A stretch of DNA of 64,000 nt from Flavobacteriales bacterium (GCA_016788285.1 JAEUSW010000076.1:1134-65133); one strand, 5' to 3'. Counted from the stretch's first letter, positions 47,047 to 56,182 are shown. Numbers and translations are program-made. Notes: generated by a model not told the origin, from the sequence alone.

Positions 47047-47676
47047 TCACTGCCCCTTGCCCACCAGCGACACCACGATCTCGATGTCGTCGCTGAGGAC
47101 CATGTCCTTCATCGGGTTGGCCCAGGACACGCCATACTTCTGGCGGTTGAACACCAGCTTGCCGCTGGCGTTGGCCATGCCGTTCTCCTCGCTGATCACG
47201 ATGTCAGTGACGGTCTCGGTGCCCATCCGGCCGCGCACGTTCAGTTCGCCGGTGGCGGTGTTGCCGCTGACGGAGGTCACCTTGAAGCTGGCCGTGGGGA
47301 AGCTGTCGACCGCGAAGAAGTCAGGGCTGGCCAGGTGACCGGTCAGCTTCTCCTTGGTGTAGTCCTTGTTGTAGTTGGTGTCGAGGGGCACCATGCTCTT
47401 CATGTCCACCACGAAACCGCCGGAGACAAGCTGGCCACCCTTGGCCATGAAGCTGCCCTCGGTGAAGGCCATGGTGCCCTCGTGGTACTTCACACCGATC
47501 ATCACCCCTTTCCAGGTGAGCTTGCTGGCCGCGATGTCCAAGGCATAGGAGACTTCCTTCGCCTCCATGGTGGCGGTGCTGTCGATCGCACCTTCACCTT
47601 CGGCGGTGCCGCCGCCGCCGCAGGAGGCGAGGGTAAGGGCCACCAAGGCGGTGGCGCTGAACAAATGGAGCTTCAT
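47047..47676 (-). CDS. YceI family periplasmic lipoprotein
   Basis: Lipoprotein signal MKLHLFSATALVALTLASC and a YceI-like beta-barrel pattern (SKLTWKGVMIGVKYHEGTM...TGELNVRG). Confidence 0.7.
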   Translation of the reverse strand: MKLHLFSATALVALTLASCGGGGTAEGEGAIDSTATMEAKEVSYALDIAASKLTWKGVMIGVKYHEGTMAFTEGSFMAKGGQLVSGGFVVDMKSMVPLDTNYNKDYTKEKLTGHLASPDFFAVDSFPTASFKVTSVSGNTATGELNVRGRMGTETVTDIVISEENGMANASGKLVFNRQKYGVSWANPMKDMVLSDDIEIVVSLVGKGQ

Positions 47677-47702
47677 GGGATCTGTCGTTGGTGTTTGGGG
47701 CG

Positions 47703-47711
47703 GCAAAAATA
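47703..47711 (-). promoter_or_regulatory. Putative -7 element TATTTTTGC (minus strand) about 25 nt upstream of the YceI start
   Basis: Plus-strand GCAAAAATA. Confidence 0.3.
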
Positions 47712-47761
47712 GGAGCTGATCCGTTCCATGGAAAATAAAGTATCGACGATCGGATGTCGGA

Positions 47762-48919
47762 TCACCCGTGGAAGGTGCGACCCTCGCGTACCAGCCTGCG
47801 CAGGAGGGGAGATGGGCGATATCGGTCCTCGCCGTATTCGGTCTGAAGGCCTTGAAGCATGGACAGGCACCGGTCAAGGCCGATCTCATCCGCCCAGCCC
47901 AACAGGCCCTTCGGGTAGTTGACCCCCTTGGTCATGGCCAGCTCCAAGGCCGCGCGGTCGGCAATGCCGAGGTAGAGGGCGTCCGCAGCCTCGTTGATGA
48001 GCATCACCAGGATCCTGAGGAAGACCATGTCAAGCAGTTCCGGGTCGTTCTTGGGTATGGGAGGGGTGGTCGTGCCCGTGTGGTCGTAGTAGCCGCGGCC
48101 GGTCTTTCGTCCCAGGCGGCCGCTCTCCACCTGGCGCTGCTGGGTCAGGCTCGGCCGGTAGCGCGGGTCGAAGAAGAAGGCCTCGAACACGCTGCGGGTG
48201 ACGGCGAAGTTGACATCGTTGCCGATCAGGTCCATCAACTCGAAAGGCCCCATGCGGAAGCCGCCTACCGTGCGCATGGCATGGTCGATGGTGGCCATGT
48301 CGGCCAACCCCTCCTCGAGGATGCGGAGGGCTTCGCCGTAGAAGGGGCGGGCCACCCGGTTGACGATGAACCCAGGCGTGTCCTTACAGACCACCGGGAC
48401 CTTGCTCCATCGGCCCATCCACAGGCCACACCGTTCAGCCAGCCCCGGAGCAGTGGCCAGGCCGGGCACCACCTCCACCAGTGGCATCAGCGGTGCGGGA
48501 TTGAAGAAGTGAAGGCCGATCACCCGTTCGGGATGAGCGCAAGCCCCGGCGATGGCCGTTACGCTGAGGCTGCTGGTGTTCGTGGCCAGCACACAGTCGG
48601 GATCGACCACGGATTCGAGCCGGGTGAACAGTTCGCGTTTGGCCGACAGATCCTCCACGATGGCCTCGATGACCAGACCTGGACCCGCGAGCTCGGTCAC
48701 GGCCCCCACCGCTTGGAGCCGCGCGCCGGCCTCAGCAGCCTCGGTCGGCGTGAGCCTACCCTTCTCGGCCAGCTTGTTGAGCGTTTCGCGGATGGCGTCC
48801 ACGGCGCGTTGCGCCGCCCCTGGTCGCGCGTCCATCAGCAGCACCGAATGTCCAGCCTGGGCAGCCACCTGGGCTATGCCACTGCCCATCGCACCGGCCC
48901 CGATCACTGCCACGTTCAT
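47762..48919 (-). CDS. 3-hydroxyacyl-CoA / 3-hydroxybutyryl-CoA dehydrogenase
   Basis: Rossmann motif MNVAVIGAGAMGSGIAQV, followed by the 3HCDH N and C domains (NTSSLSV; FFNPAPLMPLVEVV; the PGF..NR motif). Confidence 0.85.
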   Translation of the reverse strand: MNVAVIGAGAMGSGIAQVAAQAGHSVLLMDARPGAAQRAVDAIRETLNKLAEKGRLTPTEAAEAGARLQAVGAVTELAGPGLVIEAIVEDLSAKRELFTRLESVVDPDCVLATNTSSLSVTAIAGACAHPERVIGLHFFNPAPLMPLVEVVPGLATAPGLAERCGLWMGRWSKVPVVCKDTPGFIVNRVARPFYGEALRILEEGLADMATIDHAMRTVGGFRMGPFELMDLIGNDVNFAVTRSVFEAFFFDPRYRPSLTQQRQVESGRLGRKTGRGYYDHTGTTTPPIPKNDPELLDMVFLRILVMLINEAADALYLGIADRAALELAMTKGVNYPKGLLGWADEIGLDRCLSMLQGLQTEYGEDRYRPSPLLRRLVREGRTFHG

Positions 48920-49015
48920 CGAGCTCTCCATGATCCACACCGCGTTGAGGGCGGTCAAGGAGGCGAAGTTCGGGGCTGGCGGGGAACTGGCTGAGAACCG
49001 AATGTCCTGGTAACA

Positions 49016-49033
49016 TATGTATGGCCATACATA
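49016..49033. repeat. Palindrome copy 1 (tatgtatggccatacata; flanks acatatg...tactt)
   Basis: Perfect 18-bp palindrome. Confidence 0.85.
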
Positions 49034-49170
49034 CTTCGCTCGTGGGGTATCAGGTGCTTGCGATCCCGGATCGGGTACGCACTATTGAAAGGAAGGACTG
49101 GGTCTCAGTGGGTTGATGGCGGCGTGCAGGTTGGGTCACCGGGTGGAGCGGACTCGATGGACGGTCGAAC

Positions 49171-49190
49171 CTATGTATGGCCATACATAG
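49171..49190. repeat. Palindrome copy 2 (ctatgtatggccatacatag)
   Basis: Perfect 20-bp palindrome. Confidence 0.85.
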
Positions 49191-49304
49191 GTTTCGAGCT
49201 GCTCATGGTGGGACAATGGCGAGCGAGAACGAGTTGGAGTGAACCATAGGGCTGACGCTCAGATGAATCGTTCGGACAGCTGGTTCTTTCGCTCCACTGA
49301 ACAT

Positions 49305-49322
49305 ATGTATGGCCATACATAC
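49305..49322. repeat. Palindrome copy 3 (tatgtatggccatacata; flanks identical to copy 1)
   Basis: Perfect 18-bp palindrome. Confidence 0.85.
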
Positions 49323-49455
49323 TTCCGTCATGCGACCTTCACTCCGAGCCGATAGGATGACCACAAGGATCCGCCTAACTCTTACAACATCAGGGTATTG
49401 GCGTTGAAGGAACGAAGACACCACCAGCGACGGATCCTGCCAGAACAAGGCGACG

Positions 49456-49473
49456 TATGTATGGCCATACATA
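49456..49473. repeat. Palindrome copy 4 (acgtatgtatggccatacatactt context)
   Basis: Perfect 18-bp palindrome. Confidence 0.85.
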
Positions 49474-49607
49474 CTTCCAGTCCGAGGACTAGCGCTCCTC
49501 GCCTCGAAGTCGATCTGCAAAACACCTCAGAATGCGCTGAACATCAGCGCAGTGCTAGAGCGGGCGTTCTTGCGAACGCCGCCCACGGACCATAGCTGAG
49601 CGCCTTA

Positions 49608-49631
49608 ACGTATGTATGGCCATACATACGT
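49608..49631. repeat. Palindrome copy 5 (acgtatgtatggccatacatacgt, 24-bp perfect palindrome)
   Basis: Perfect 24-bp palindrome, 43 nt upstream of the rlmI start. Confidence 0.85.
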
Positions 49632-49673
49632 CGGCAAAACCCTGCTCCGACCAGCGTCTACCTTGCGCCTCTC

Positions 49674-50846
49674 ATGCGCCATCGCACCATCATCCGCGAT
49701 CCACGCGACCGGGTCCGAAACGGTCATCCGTGGATCTTCGACAACCAAGTGGTTCGCGTGGAGGGCGACCCCGGACCAGGCGATGTGGTCCAGGTCTTCG
49801 ATGACCGCAAGCGCCCGATCGGTCAGGGCTATTTCAATCCGGCCAGCAAGATCCAGGTCCGCATCCTGACCGCCGACCTTGACGAGCCGATCGATGATGG
49901 CTTCTTTCTCCGAAAGGTGAAAGAGGCATGGGCTTTTCGTCAGCGAATGGTCGATACCACGTCCTGTCGCGTGATCTTCGGTGAATCGGACGGTCTGCCG
50001 GCTTGTGTGGCCGACAAGTTCGGCGACACCATCGTGCTCCAGACCTTGAGCCTGGGCATGGACCGGTGGAAGCACAGCCTGGTGGAAGCGCTCCGGGAGG
50101 TGACCGGTGTGACCCGATTCTACGAGCGCAACGACGTGCCGATCCGGGAGAAGGAAGGTCTTCAGCCGATCAAGGGTTTCCTCAGCGATCCCTTCACCAC
50201 GCGCTTCCCCATCGTGGAGAATGGGTTGAAGGTGCAGGTGGATGTGGCGGAGGGCCAGAAGACGGGCCATTTCCTCGATCAGCGCCTGAATCACGCCGCC
50301 ATTGCTCCGGTGGTCGCAGGAGCGGACGTGCTCGATTGCTTCACCCACACCGGGGGCTTCGCATTGCATGCCGCCCACTACGGTGCTGAGCGGGTGGAAG
50401 GGCTTGACATCAGCGCTTCGGCCATCCGCTCTGCGGCGGCGAACGCCGAGCTGAACGGGTCGTCCGAACGGTGCTCGTTCCGGGAGGCCAATGTGTTCGA
50501 CTTCCTCACCGAGGCTGGTCGGTCAGGTCGAAAGTGGGACGTGGTCGTGCTGGATCCACCGGCCTTTGCGAAAAGTCGCGCGACGGTCGCCGGTGCCACG
50601 CGGGGTTACAAGGAGATCAACCTGCGCGCCATGAAATGCCTGCCGCGCGGCGGGTTCCTCGTCACCTGTAGTTGCAGCCAGCACATGACACCGGACCTGT
50701 TCCGGGCCATGGTCGCCGATGCCGCGAAGGACGCACGACGGCAACTGCGGGAGGTCTACTACGGTACGCAGCCGCCCGATCACCCGGTGCATTGGAGCAT
50801 CCCGGAGAGCCTCTATCTCAAGTGCCTGATCCTGCAGGTGCTGTAG
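49674..50846 (+). CDS. rlmI: 23S rRNA (cytosine1962-C5)-methyltransferase RlmI-like class I SAM-dependent RNA methyltransferase
   Basis: N-terminal PUA-like domain, then a SAM-binding fold (VLDCFTHTGGFALHAA; VVVLDPPAF) and a catalytic Cys region (LVTCSCSQHM). Confidence 0.8.
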   Translation: MRHRTIIRDPRDRVRNGHPWIFDNQVVRVEGDPGPGDVVQVFDDRKRPIGQGYFNPASKIQVRILTADLDEPIDDGFFLRKVKEAWAFRQRMVDTTSCRVIFGESDGLPACVADKFGDTIVLQTLSLGMDRWKHSLVEALREVTGVTRFYERNDVPIREKEGLQPIKGFLSDPFTTRFPIVENGLKVQVDVAEGQKTGHFLDQRLNHAAIAPVVAGADVLDCFTHTGGFALHAAHYGAERVEGLDISASAIRSAAANAELNGSSERCSFREANVFDFLTEAGRSGRKWDVVVLDPPAFAKSRATVAGATRGYKEINLRAMKCLPRGGFLVTCSCSQHMTPDLFRAMVADAAKDARRQLREVYYGTQPPDHPVHWSIPESLYLKCLILQVL

Positions 50847-52026
50847 CACTGCTGTCCATGGCGGTTGGCCGCAGCAGAAGCTGGACCACGGGAAGCAGGG
50901 CCTTGGCACAGACCTCCCCGCCGGCTCCGTTCAGGTGGCAGTAATCGATCAGGAGCTGGCGTCCGCTGTGCGATGGGTCGTTGAACGGAACATTGAGGTC
51001 GACCAGGGGGACACGCCAGCGTTGAGCCACGTCGTTCAGTTCCTCGAGCACCACCGGGTAGAGCGCCTTCACGTTCGGGTCCTGATGCAGGAAGGCGTGT
51101 TCCTCGTCCGCCAGCAGGGCGGTATCGCGGAGCACGAGCATCGGCTGCAGGCAGAGCACCGCCTTCACCCCGTCACGTTGGAGTAAGAAGAGATTGGTCT
51201 CGATGGCGCGTAGGAATTGATCGCGGGAGACGGCCTTGTGATTGCTGACCGTGGTCGCATCGTCCACATAGGCCGCCTGCCAATCCACGCGTTCACCGCA
51301 CCGCACCGCATCGCGGATCATGCTCCAGGCCATGTATCCCCTGAATGCGGCACTGTAGCGTGAAAGCCAATGCCCCAGGTAGGTGAACGCCCCTCCGATG
51401 GAAGGCTCCTGTAACCGGGGACGCCAGAACTGGTACCGGAAATCCTCCATGTAGCGGTAAGCCGGGTCGTTCACGTAGTGGTCGTTGGCGCCGTCGAAGA
51501 AGATGACCATGTCGGGGTCGTAGGACAACAGCTCGGTGAGCAGGTATTGGGTGTGTTGGAACACCTGGTAGCCGGTGACGGCCGCGTTGATCACTTCGAT
51601 CCGTGACCCGGGCATCGCTTCGTTGAGCAGTCGCTCCAGGTGGGCGTCCACGGTCTCGGACTGGTCCACGTGCACCACCGGATAGGGCGCTGCGCTGCTG
51701 ATGCCATGGGCGGCCGACCCGCCCAGGAAGAAGATGCGCACCGTGCCCGGGGGCTTGGCCAGGGGGACATCCTCCGTACGCCGGAACCCGTTCGCATTGA
51801 TGGCCAACCGCACCCGGTCGCCTTCGCGTTCCTGATAGCCGGGCACATGCTCGTACACCCTGTAGGAGTTGAAGCGGAACTTGTTCTCGCTGGCCTTGTG
51901 CAGCACGTGGCCCAGGTAGTACCGGGCCCCGAGTTCCACACAGGCGATGGTGAACACGAGCAGGAAGAGGATGTACCCGATGCGTCCCCAACGGGAAGGA
52001 CGGGCGGGTGGAGCGTGATCAGGCAT
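50818..52026 (-). CDS. SGNH/GDSL-like hydrolase family membrane-anchored protein
   Basis: N-terminal TM helix (IGYILFLLVFTIACVELGA), GxSxxxG block (IFFLGGSAAHG), and a later DGANDHY motif. Its 3' end overlaps rlmI convergently by 29 bp. Confidence 0.5.
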   Translation of the reverse strand: MPDHAPPARPSRWGRIGYILFLLVFTIACVELGARYYLGHVLHKASENKFRFNSYRVYEHVPGYQEREGDRVRLAINANGFRRTEDVPLAKPPGTVRIFFLGGSAAHGISSAAPYPVVHVDQSETVDAHLERLLNEAMPGSRIEVINAAVTGYQVFQHTQYLLTELLSYDPDMVIFFDGANDHYVNDPAYRYMEDFRYQFWRPRLQEPSIGGAFTYLGHWLSRYSAAFRGYMAWSMIRDAVRCGERVDWQAAYVDDATTVSNHKAVSRDQFLRAIETNLFLLQRDGVKAVLCLQPMLVLRDTALLADEEHAFLHQDPNVKALYPVVLEELNDVAQRWRVPLVDLNVPFNDPSHSGRQLLIDYCHLNGAGGEVCAKALLPVVQLLLRPTAMDSSATAPAGSGT

Positions 52027-52103
52027 GCGGGTGGGACTGTGCCGGCGAAAGTACCGACCGCCGTCGATGGTAATGGACGATGGGATACCTTGGGGCGGCG
52101 GCC

Positions 52104-54209
52104 ATGGAGCGATCATCGTTGTTCTGGTCAGGATGGCACTGCGCACCCATGTTGCGGTTCGCACTGCCCTTCGCCGCCGGCCTGGCCGTAGGGTCGATCC
52201 ACACCCCCTCGACCACCGTTCTGGCCGCCTTGTTCCCGATCGCACTGCTGTTGTTCGCGGTGCCGGCCTTCGTCCCGTTCCCCTTTCGCCATCGATGGCT
52301 GCCTTACGCGGCCGCGATCCCGGCCTTGCTGATCTTCGGTGTGTGTTGGTGGGCCTTCCGTACCGCGGAGGCCCGACCGCGCCGGGGCGCCGACGGCGCG
52401 CATCTCGTGGAGGTGGAGGTGGTGCACGGGGCTTCGCCCCGGCATGTGCGATGCGATGCCAGGTTGTTGAGGTCCTGGTCCGCGGATGGTACGCACGCAA
52501 CGAGCGCCCTGACGTTATTGACCCTCACGAAGGACTCCCTGGCACCTCTCGTCCGTCCAGGCGATGTGCTCATGGTCCATGCTGCCCTGAGCCCTCCGCT
52601 GCGGACGCCCGATCCCGGGGGATTCGATGTACGTGCATGGGTCGGTCCTCGAGGGATCCATGACCAGGGTTTCGTGGAGGCCGGTCAATGGCGCCACCTC
52701 GCCCATCGTTGGCGGTGGACGGATCTGTTCCTCCCCGCCCAGGAGCGTGTTTGGCAATGGCTCGATCGGAGCGGCCTTCCGGATCGGGAGCGGGCCGTGG
52801 TGCTTGCTCTGCTCTTGGGGATCCGCAACGAACTGGATGCCGATCAGAAGGATGCCTTCGCCCGGAGCGGCACCATGCACGTGCTTGCGGTGAGCGGGAT
52901 GCATGTGGCGTTGATCTACTGGGTGCTCATGGCCCTGCTCAGACCGTTGGGTGGCGGGGGCGGTGCGCGATGGTCCAGAGCGGTCATCGCGCTGCTGGTG
53001 CTGTGGGGCTATGCCGGCATCACGGGCGCCACACCCTCGGTGCTGCGGGCCACGGTGATGTGTTCCCTGTTCGTCGTTGCCAGCCTCTTGCAGCGCCGCT
53101 CCGCCACGCTCAATACCCTGGCGGGAGCGGCCATGCTGCTCCTCGTCTGGGACCCCCGGATGCTCTTCCAGCTCAGTTTTCAGCTGTCGTTCCTGGCCGT
53201 GCTGGGCATCGTGCTGTGCTATGATCCCATTCGCCGGCTATGGTCCCCGGGGAATGTCGTCCTGCGCTACTGCTGGTCATTGATCGCGGTGTCCCTGGCC
53301 GCCCAGCTGTTCACCACTCCGGTCTCCCTGGCGGTGTTCAAGGCCTTCCCGGTCTGGTTCCTGCCGGCCAACATCATCATCGTCACGCTGGTCAACATCG
53401 GTGTCGTCGGTGGCATCCTGCTCCTGCTCACGCTGCCGGTCCCCATCCTCGGTCCGTTCGTCGCCGACGCCCTGGGCGGTCTGGTGCTGGTGGTGGGACA
53501 TGTCGGCCGGTTCTTCGCGGATGCCCCTTACGCCTATCCCGATGTGCGGGTGACCCCCGTTCAAGGGGCGGTGCTCATGGCCATGGTCCTGGCCATCTGC
53601 CTCGATCGCCTGGGCGGTCAGCGCTCCGGGCGCTGGGTGGCCCTCGCCTTGGTACCGGCGCTGGCGTTCAGCATCGCCACACAGGTCCTACACACCACCT
53701 CGGTGCGCGAGCTGGTGGTCTTCGACGAACGGGCCGGTCTGGTGATGGCGCTTCGGGAGGGCACCTCGGCGGTGGTCGTGGAAAGCGCTCCGGGTCTGGC
53801 GAACGCACGACAGCGCATCGAGCGCTTCACCCGGGCCAGCGGTGCGAACGTGGTCGATACCCTGTCGTGCGCCGACCTGTGGACCGCGGTGCCGGTCAGG
53901 GCCGGGTTCTGCGTGGGCGGTGCCGGAGCGTGGTTCGGCGCCGGATTGAACGTGCTGGTGGTGGGGAACGAAGCACCGCCTCCGGGTGAGCGCACGTTCG
54001 ATGTGCTGGTCCTCACCGCGGAGCGGGAACAGGCGGCCGATGCTGCGCTCGCCCGGCTTCGGTCCGGAGGCCAGGTGATCCTGTCCGGCTCCTTGGATGG
54101 GCTGCAGCGCTGGCGTATTCGGAAGCGCTGCACCGAGCTGGGGCTGGCCTGCCACGACGTGCGGCGCGACGGGGCCTTCGTGAGGCCGATCGGGCCGTCG
54201 TCTTCGTGA
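52104..54209 (+). CDS. comEC: ComEC/Rec2 family DNA internalisation competence protein (no C-terminal MBL domain)
   Basis: N-terminal DUF4131-like TM region and the competence domain (FARSGTMHVLAVSGMHVALIY) with multiple TM helices. Confidence 0.8.
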   Translation: MERSSLFWSGWHCAPMLRFALPFAAGLAVGSIHTPSTTVLAALFPIALLLFAVPAFVPFPFRHRWLPYAAAIPALLIFGVCWWAFRTAEARPRRGADGAHLVEVEVVHGASPRHVRCDARLLRSWSADGTHATSALTLLTLTKDSLAPLVRPGDVLMVHAALSPPLRTPDPGGFDVRAWVGPRGIHDQGFVEAGQWRHLAHRWRWTDLFLPAQERVWQWLDRSGLPDRERAVVLALLLGIRNELDADQKDAFARSGTMHVLAVSGMHVALIYWVLMALLRPLGGGGGARWSRAVIALLVLWGYAGITGATPSVLRATVMCSLFVVASLLQRRSATLNTLAGAAMLLLVWDPRMLFQLSFQLSFLAVLGIVLCYDPIRRLWSPGNVVLRYCWSLIAVSLAAQLFTTPVSLAVFKAFPVWFLPANIIIVTLVNIGVVGGILLLLTLPVPILGPFVADALGGLVLVVGHVGRFFADAPYAYPDVRVTPVQGAVLMAMVLAICLDRLGGQRSGRWVALALVPALAFSIATQVLHTTSVRELVVFDERAGLVMALREGTSAVVVESAPGLANARQRIERFTRASGANVVDTLSCADLWTAVPVRAGFCVGGAGAWFGAGLNVLVVGNEAPPPGERTFDVLVLTAEREQAADAALARLRSGGQVILSGSLDGLQRWRIRKRCTELGLACHDVRRDGAFVRPIGPSSS

Positions 54210-54292
54210 AGGCCGGTCCGGACAGGCCCGCGGGTGAGGTGGAACCTGCTGGGCCACAGCCCCGTTCAACGGTCCGCTCAACGGACCGCCCC

Positions 54293-56149
54293 ATGCGCTT
54301 CCTGTACCTCGTCTTCTTGTTCGCCACCACAGGCCTTCATGCCCAGGTCATCAATGGCTACGCGGAGATCACCGCCATCGCCGGGAGCACGCTCACGGTG
54401 GGAGCGACCAACGAGGCGACAGCCCTGTTCCAGGCCGGGAAGGACATCGTCATCATGCAGATGCAGGACAACGTCATCGGAACGAACACGGGCAACAATG
54501 CAGCTTTCGGCAACCTGTCCGCCATCCAGCAGGCCGGCCGGTTCGAGGTCCGCCGTATCGCCTCGGTGACGCGTGTGGCCGGCACCCTCACGAGCATCAC
54601 CTTGGTGACGGCACCGGGGATCACGTTCAACTTCGGCGCCAACGCGCGGGTGCAGGCCATCACGCACGAGCTGTTGGGCGCGGGCGGGAACTTCACCACC
54701 ACCAGTGCCATCAGCGCGCTGGATTGGAACGGCACCCTGGGTGGCGTGGTCGCTTTCCGTGTCGGTGGCACACTCACGTTGCAGCACAGCATCACGGCCG
54801 ATGCCGCGGGGTTCCGGGGCGGTGCGCGGGACCGGTTCAACTACGTGTTGCCGTGCAACACCACGGACTTCCGCTGGAGCAGCACGGCGGCCGGTACGGA
54901 GTACTTCGCCGAGAAGGGTGAAGGCATCTATCGCATCACCAACGATAACTGGCGCGATGGTCGTGGCAAGCTCCTCAATGGAGGCGGTGGGGCGAACCAG
55001 GTGAACGCGGGCGGCGGTGGCGGCGGCAACTACACGGCCGGCGGCAGCGCGGTGCTCGGATGGAGCTGTGCGGCCGACGCAGGGGGGATCGGGGGCATCG
55101 CCCTCAGCGGCCACATCACGGGCACGCGCATCTTCATGGGCGGTGGCGGCGGCGGGGGTGAGGGCAACGACGATGCGTCGACCAACGGCGCGGACGGAGG
55201 GGGCATCATCCTCATCGAGGCCGGTGGCATCACCACCGCGGGCACGTGCTCGTTGGTCATCTCCGCCAACGGTGCCACGGCCGTCAATTCCGGCAACGAT
55301 GGTGCCGGCGGCGGTGGTGCCGGCGGAACCATCCTCATCGATGCGGCCACCTGGTCCGTCGCGGCCGGCTGTCCGCTCACCATCCGCGCGAACGGCGGCA
55401 ACGGCGGATCGGTGAACTCCAGCACGCACGGTGGCGGTGGGGGCGGCGGTCAGGGCGCGGTGATCTTCTCCGGCCTGCAGCCCACCACCAACATCACCAC
55501 CAACACGGTCAACGGGCAGGGTGGCTGCAACCAGACCCCTTGCAGCACCTATGCCCTCAACGGTGCCGGCGCCAACAACACGGGCATCCTCTCCGGGCTG
55601 TCCACCCCGCTCCCGGTCGAGCTGCTCTCGTTCCAGGCCATCCCGGTGGAGGCGCACGTCCAGCTCCGCTGGGCCACGGCCACCGAGCACGGCAACGCCT
55701 TCTTCGCGGTGGAACGGTCACGGGACGGTTCGGAGTGGTCCCAGGTCCTGCAGGTCGCCGGCGCCGGCGATTCGCAAAGCGAGCAGCAGTATGCCGCGGT
55801 GGACATGCAGCCCTTGCCCGGGCTGTCCTATTACCGGCTGCGGCAGACCGATCATGATGGCACGTCCACTGTATCGGATGCGGTGCCCGTGCGATTCGAG
55901 GGGGCTGCGGACGGCGTGCGGATCGTGCCCAACCCGGCCACGGACCGGGTGGTGGTGGTCCATGGCCCTGGGGCCCCGGCCGCTCGGGTCATGGTGCTGA
56001 ACGAACTGGGCCAGCCGCTCATGCTACCGGTGCGAACGGGCGATGATCGCAGCGAACTGGATGTCTCCGCGCTTCCCGTCGGGGTCTACACCGTGGTGGT
56101 GGCCACGACCGATCGGCGGCAGGCGCAGCGCCTGGTCGTGCGTCGGTAA
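54293..56149 (+). CDS. Glycine-rich repeat secreted protein (probable beta-helix adhesin-like) with C-terminal T9SS sorting domain
   Basis: Signal peptide MRFLYLVFLFATTGLHAQ. Repeated GGGGGG-x-(I/V)(I/L)(I/L) blocks. C-terminal VRIVPNPATDRVVVVHG...GVYTVVVATTDRRQAQRLVVRR is a T9SS CTD. Confidence 0.7.
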   Translation: MRFLYLVFLFATTGLHAQVINGYAEITAIAGSTLTVGATNEATALFQAGKDIVIMQMQDNVIGTNTGNNAAFGNLSAIQQAGRFEVRRIASVTRVAGTLTSITLVTAPGITFNFGANARVQAITHELLGAGGNFTTTSAISALDWNGTLGGVVAFRVGGTLTLQHSITADAAGFRGGARDRFNYVLPCNTTDFRWSSTAAGTEYFAEKGEGIYRITNDNWRDGRGKLLNGGGGANQVNAGGGGGGNYTAGGSAVLGWSCAADAGGIGGIALSGHITGTRIFMGGGGGGGEGNDDASTNGADGGGIILIEAGGITTAGTCSLVISANGATAVNSGNDGAGGGGAGGTILIDAATWSVAAGCPLTIRANGGNGGSVNSSTHGGGGGGGQGAVIFSGLQPTTNITTNTVNGQGGCNQTPCSTYALNGAGANNTGILSGLSTPLPVELLSFQAIPVEAHVQLRWATATEHGNAFFAVERSRDGSEWSQVLQVAGAGDSQSEQQYAAVDMQPLPGLSYYRLRQTDHDGTSTVSDAVPVRFEGAADGVRIVPNPATDRVVVVHGPGAPAARVMVLNELGQPLMLPVRTGDDRSELDVSALPVGVYTVVVATTDRRQAQRLVVRR

Positions 56150-56182
56150 GGCAAGGCGATCGGCGCCTGCATCTTTGCGCTC

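Larger units (their letters stand above)
49014..49631. repeat. Intergenic array of five copies of a perfect palindrome (core TATGTATGGCCATACATA, extended to 20-24 bp in some copies), separated by unique spacers 114-134 bp long
   Basis: Seen in sequence. Copies at 49016-49033, 49171-49190, 49305-49322, 49456-49473 and 49608-49631. Local GC is about 50-55%, against about 67% for the window. Confidence 0.85.

Noticed and set aside
45767-47050. 427-aa ORF fusing the Ogt methyltransferase to an upstream extension
   Set aside because: The extension is antisense to the well-conserved DUF2461 gene (46334-46996) and has no features. Only the terminal 176 aa form the MGMT domain, which starts at an in-frame ATG preceded by a -7-like promoter motif.
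49014-49631. CRISPR array interpretation of the palindrome array
   Set aside because: The repeats are only 18-24 bp and perfectly palindromic, whereas CRISPR repeats are typically 28-37 bp and at most partly palindromic. Spacers are 114-134 bp rather than about 30-40 bp. There are no cas genes anywhere in the 64 kb. It is kept as a finding, but not called CRISPR.
50818-50846. 29-bp convergent overlap between the rlmI 3' end and the SGNH-like hydrolase 3' end as a regulatory antisense feature
   Set aside because: Short convergent overlaps are common in compact high-GC genomes. Nothing beyond the overlap (no hairpin, no conserved motif) suggests a dedicated function. It is noted only as a caution for the 3' end calls.
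54261-54279. Hairpin cggtccg-ctcaa-cggaccg after comEC as a riboswitch or attenuator
   Set aside because: It is a simple 7-bp stem directly after a stop codon. It is most economically explained as a terminator, and no conserved riboswitch-like structure was seen.
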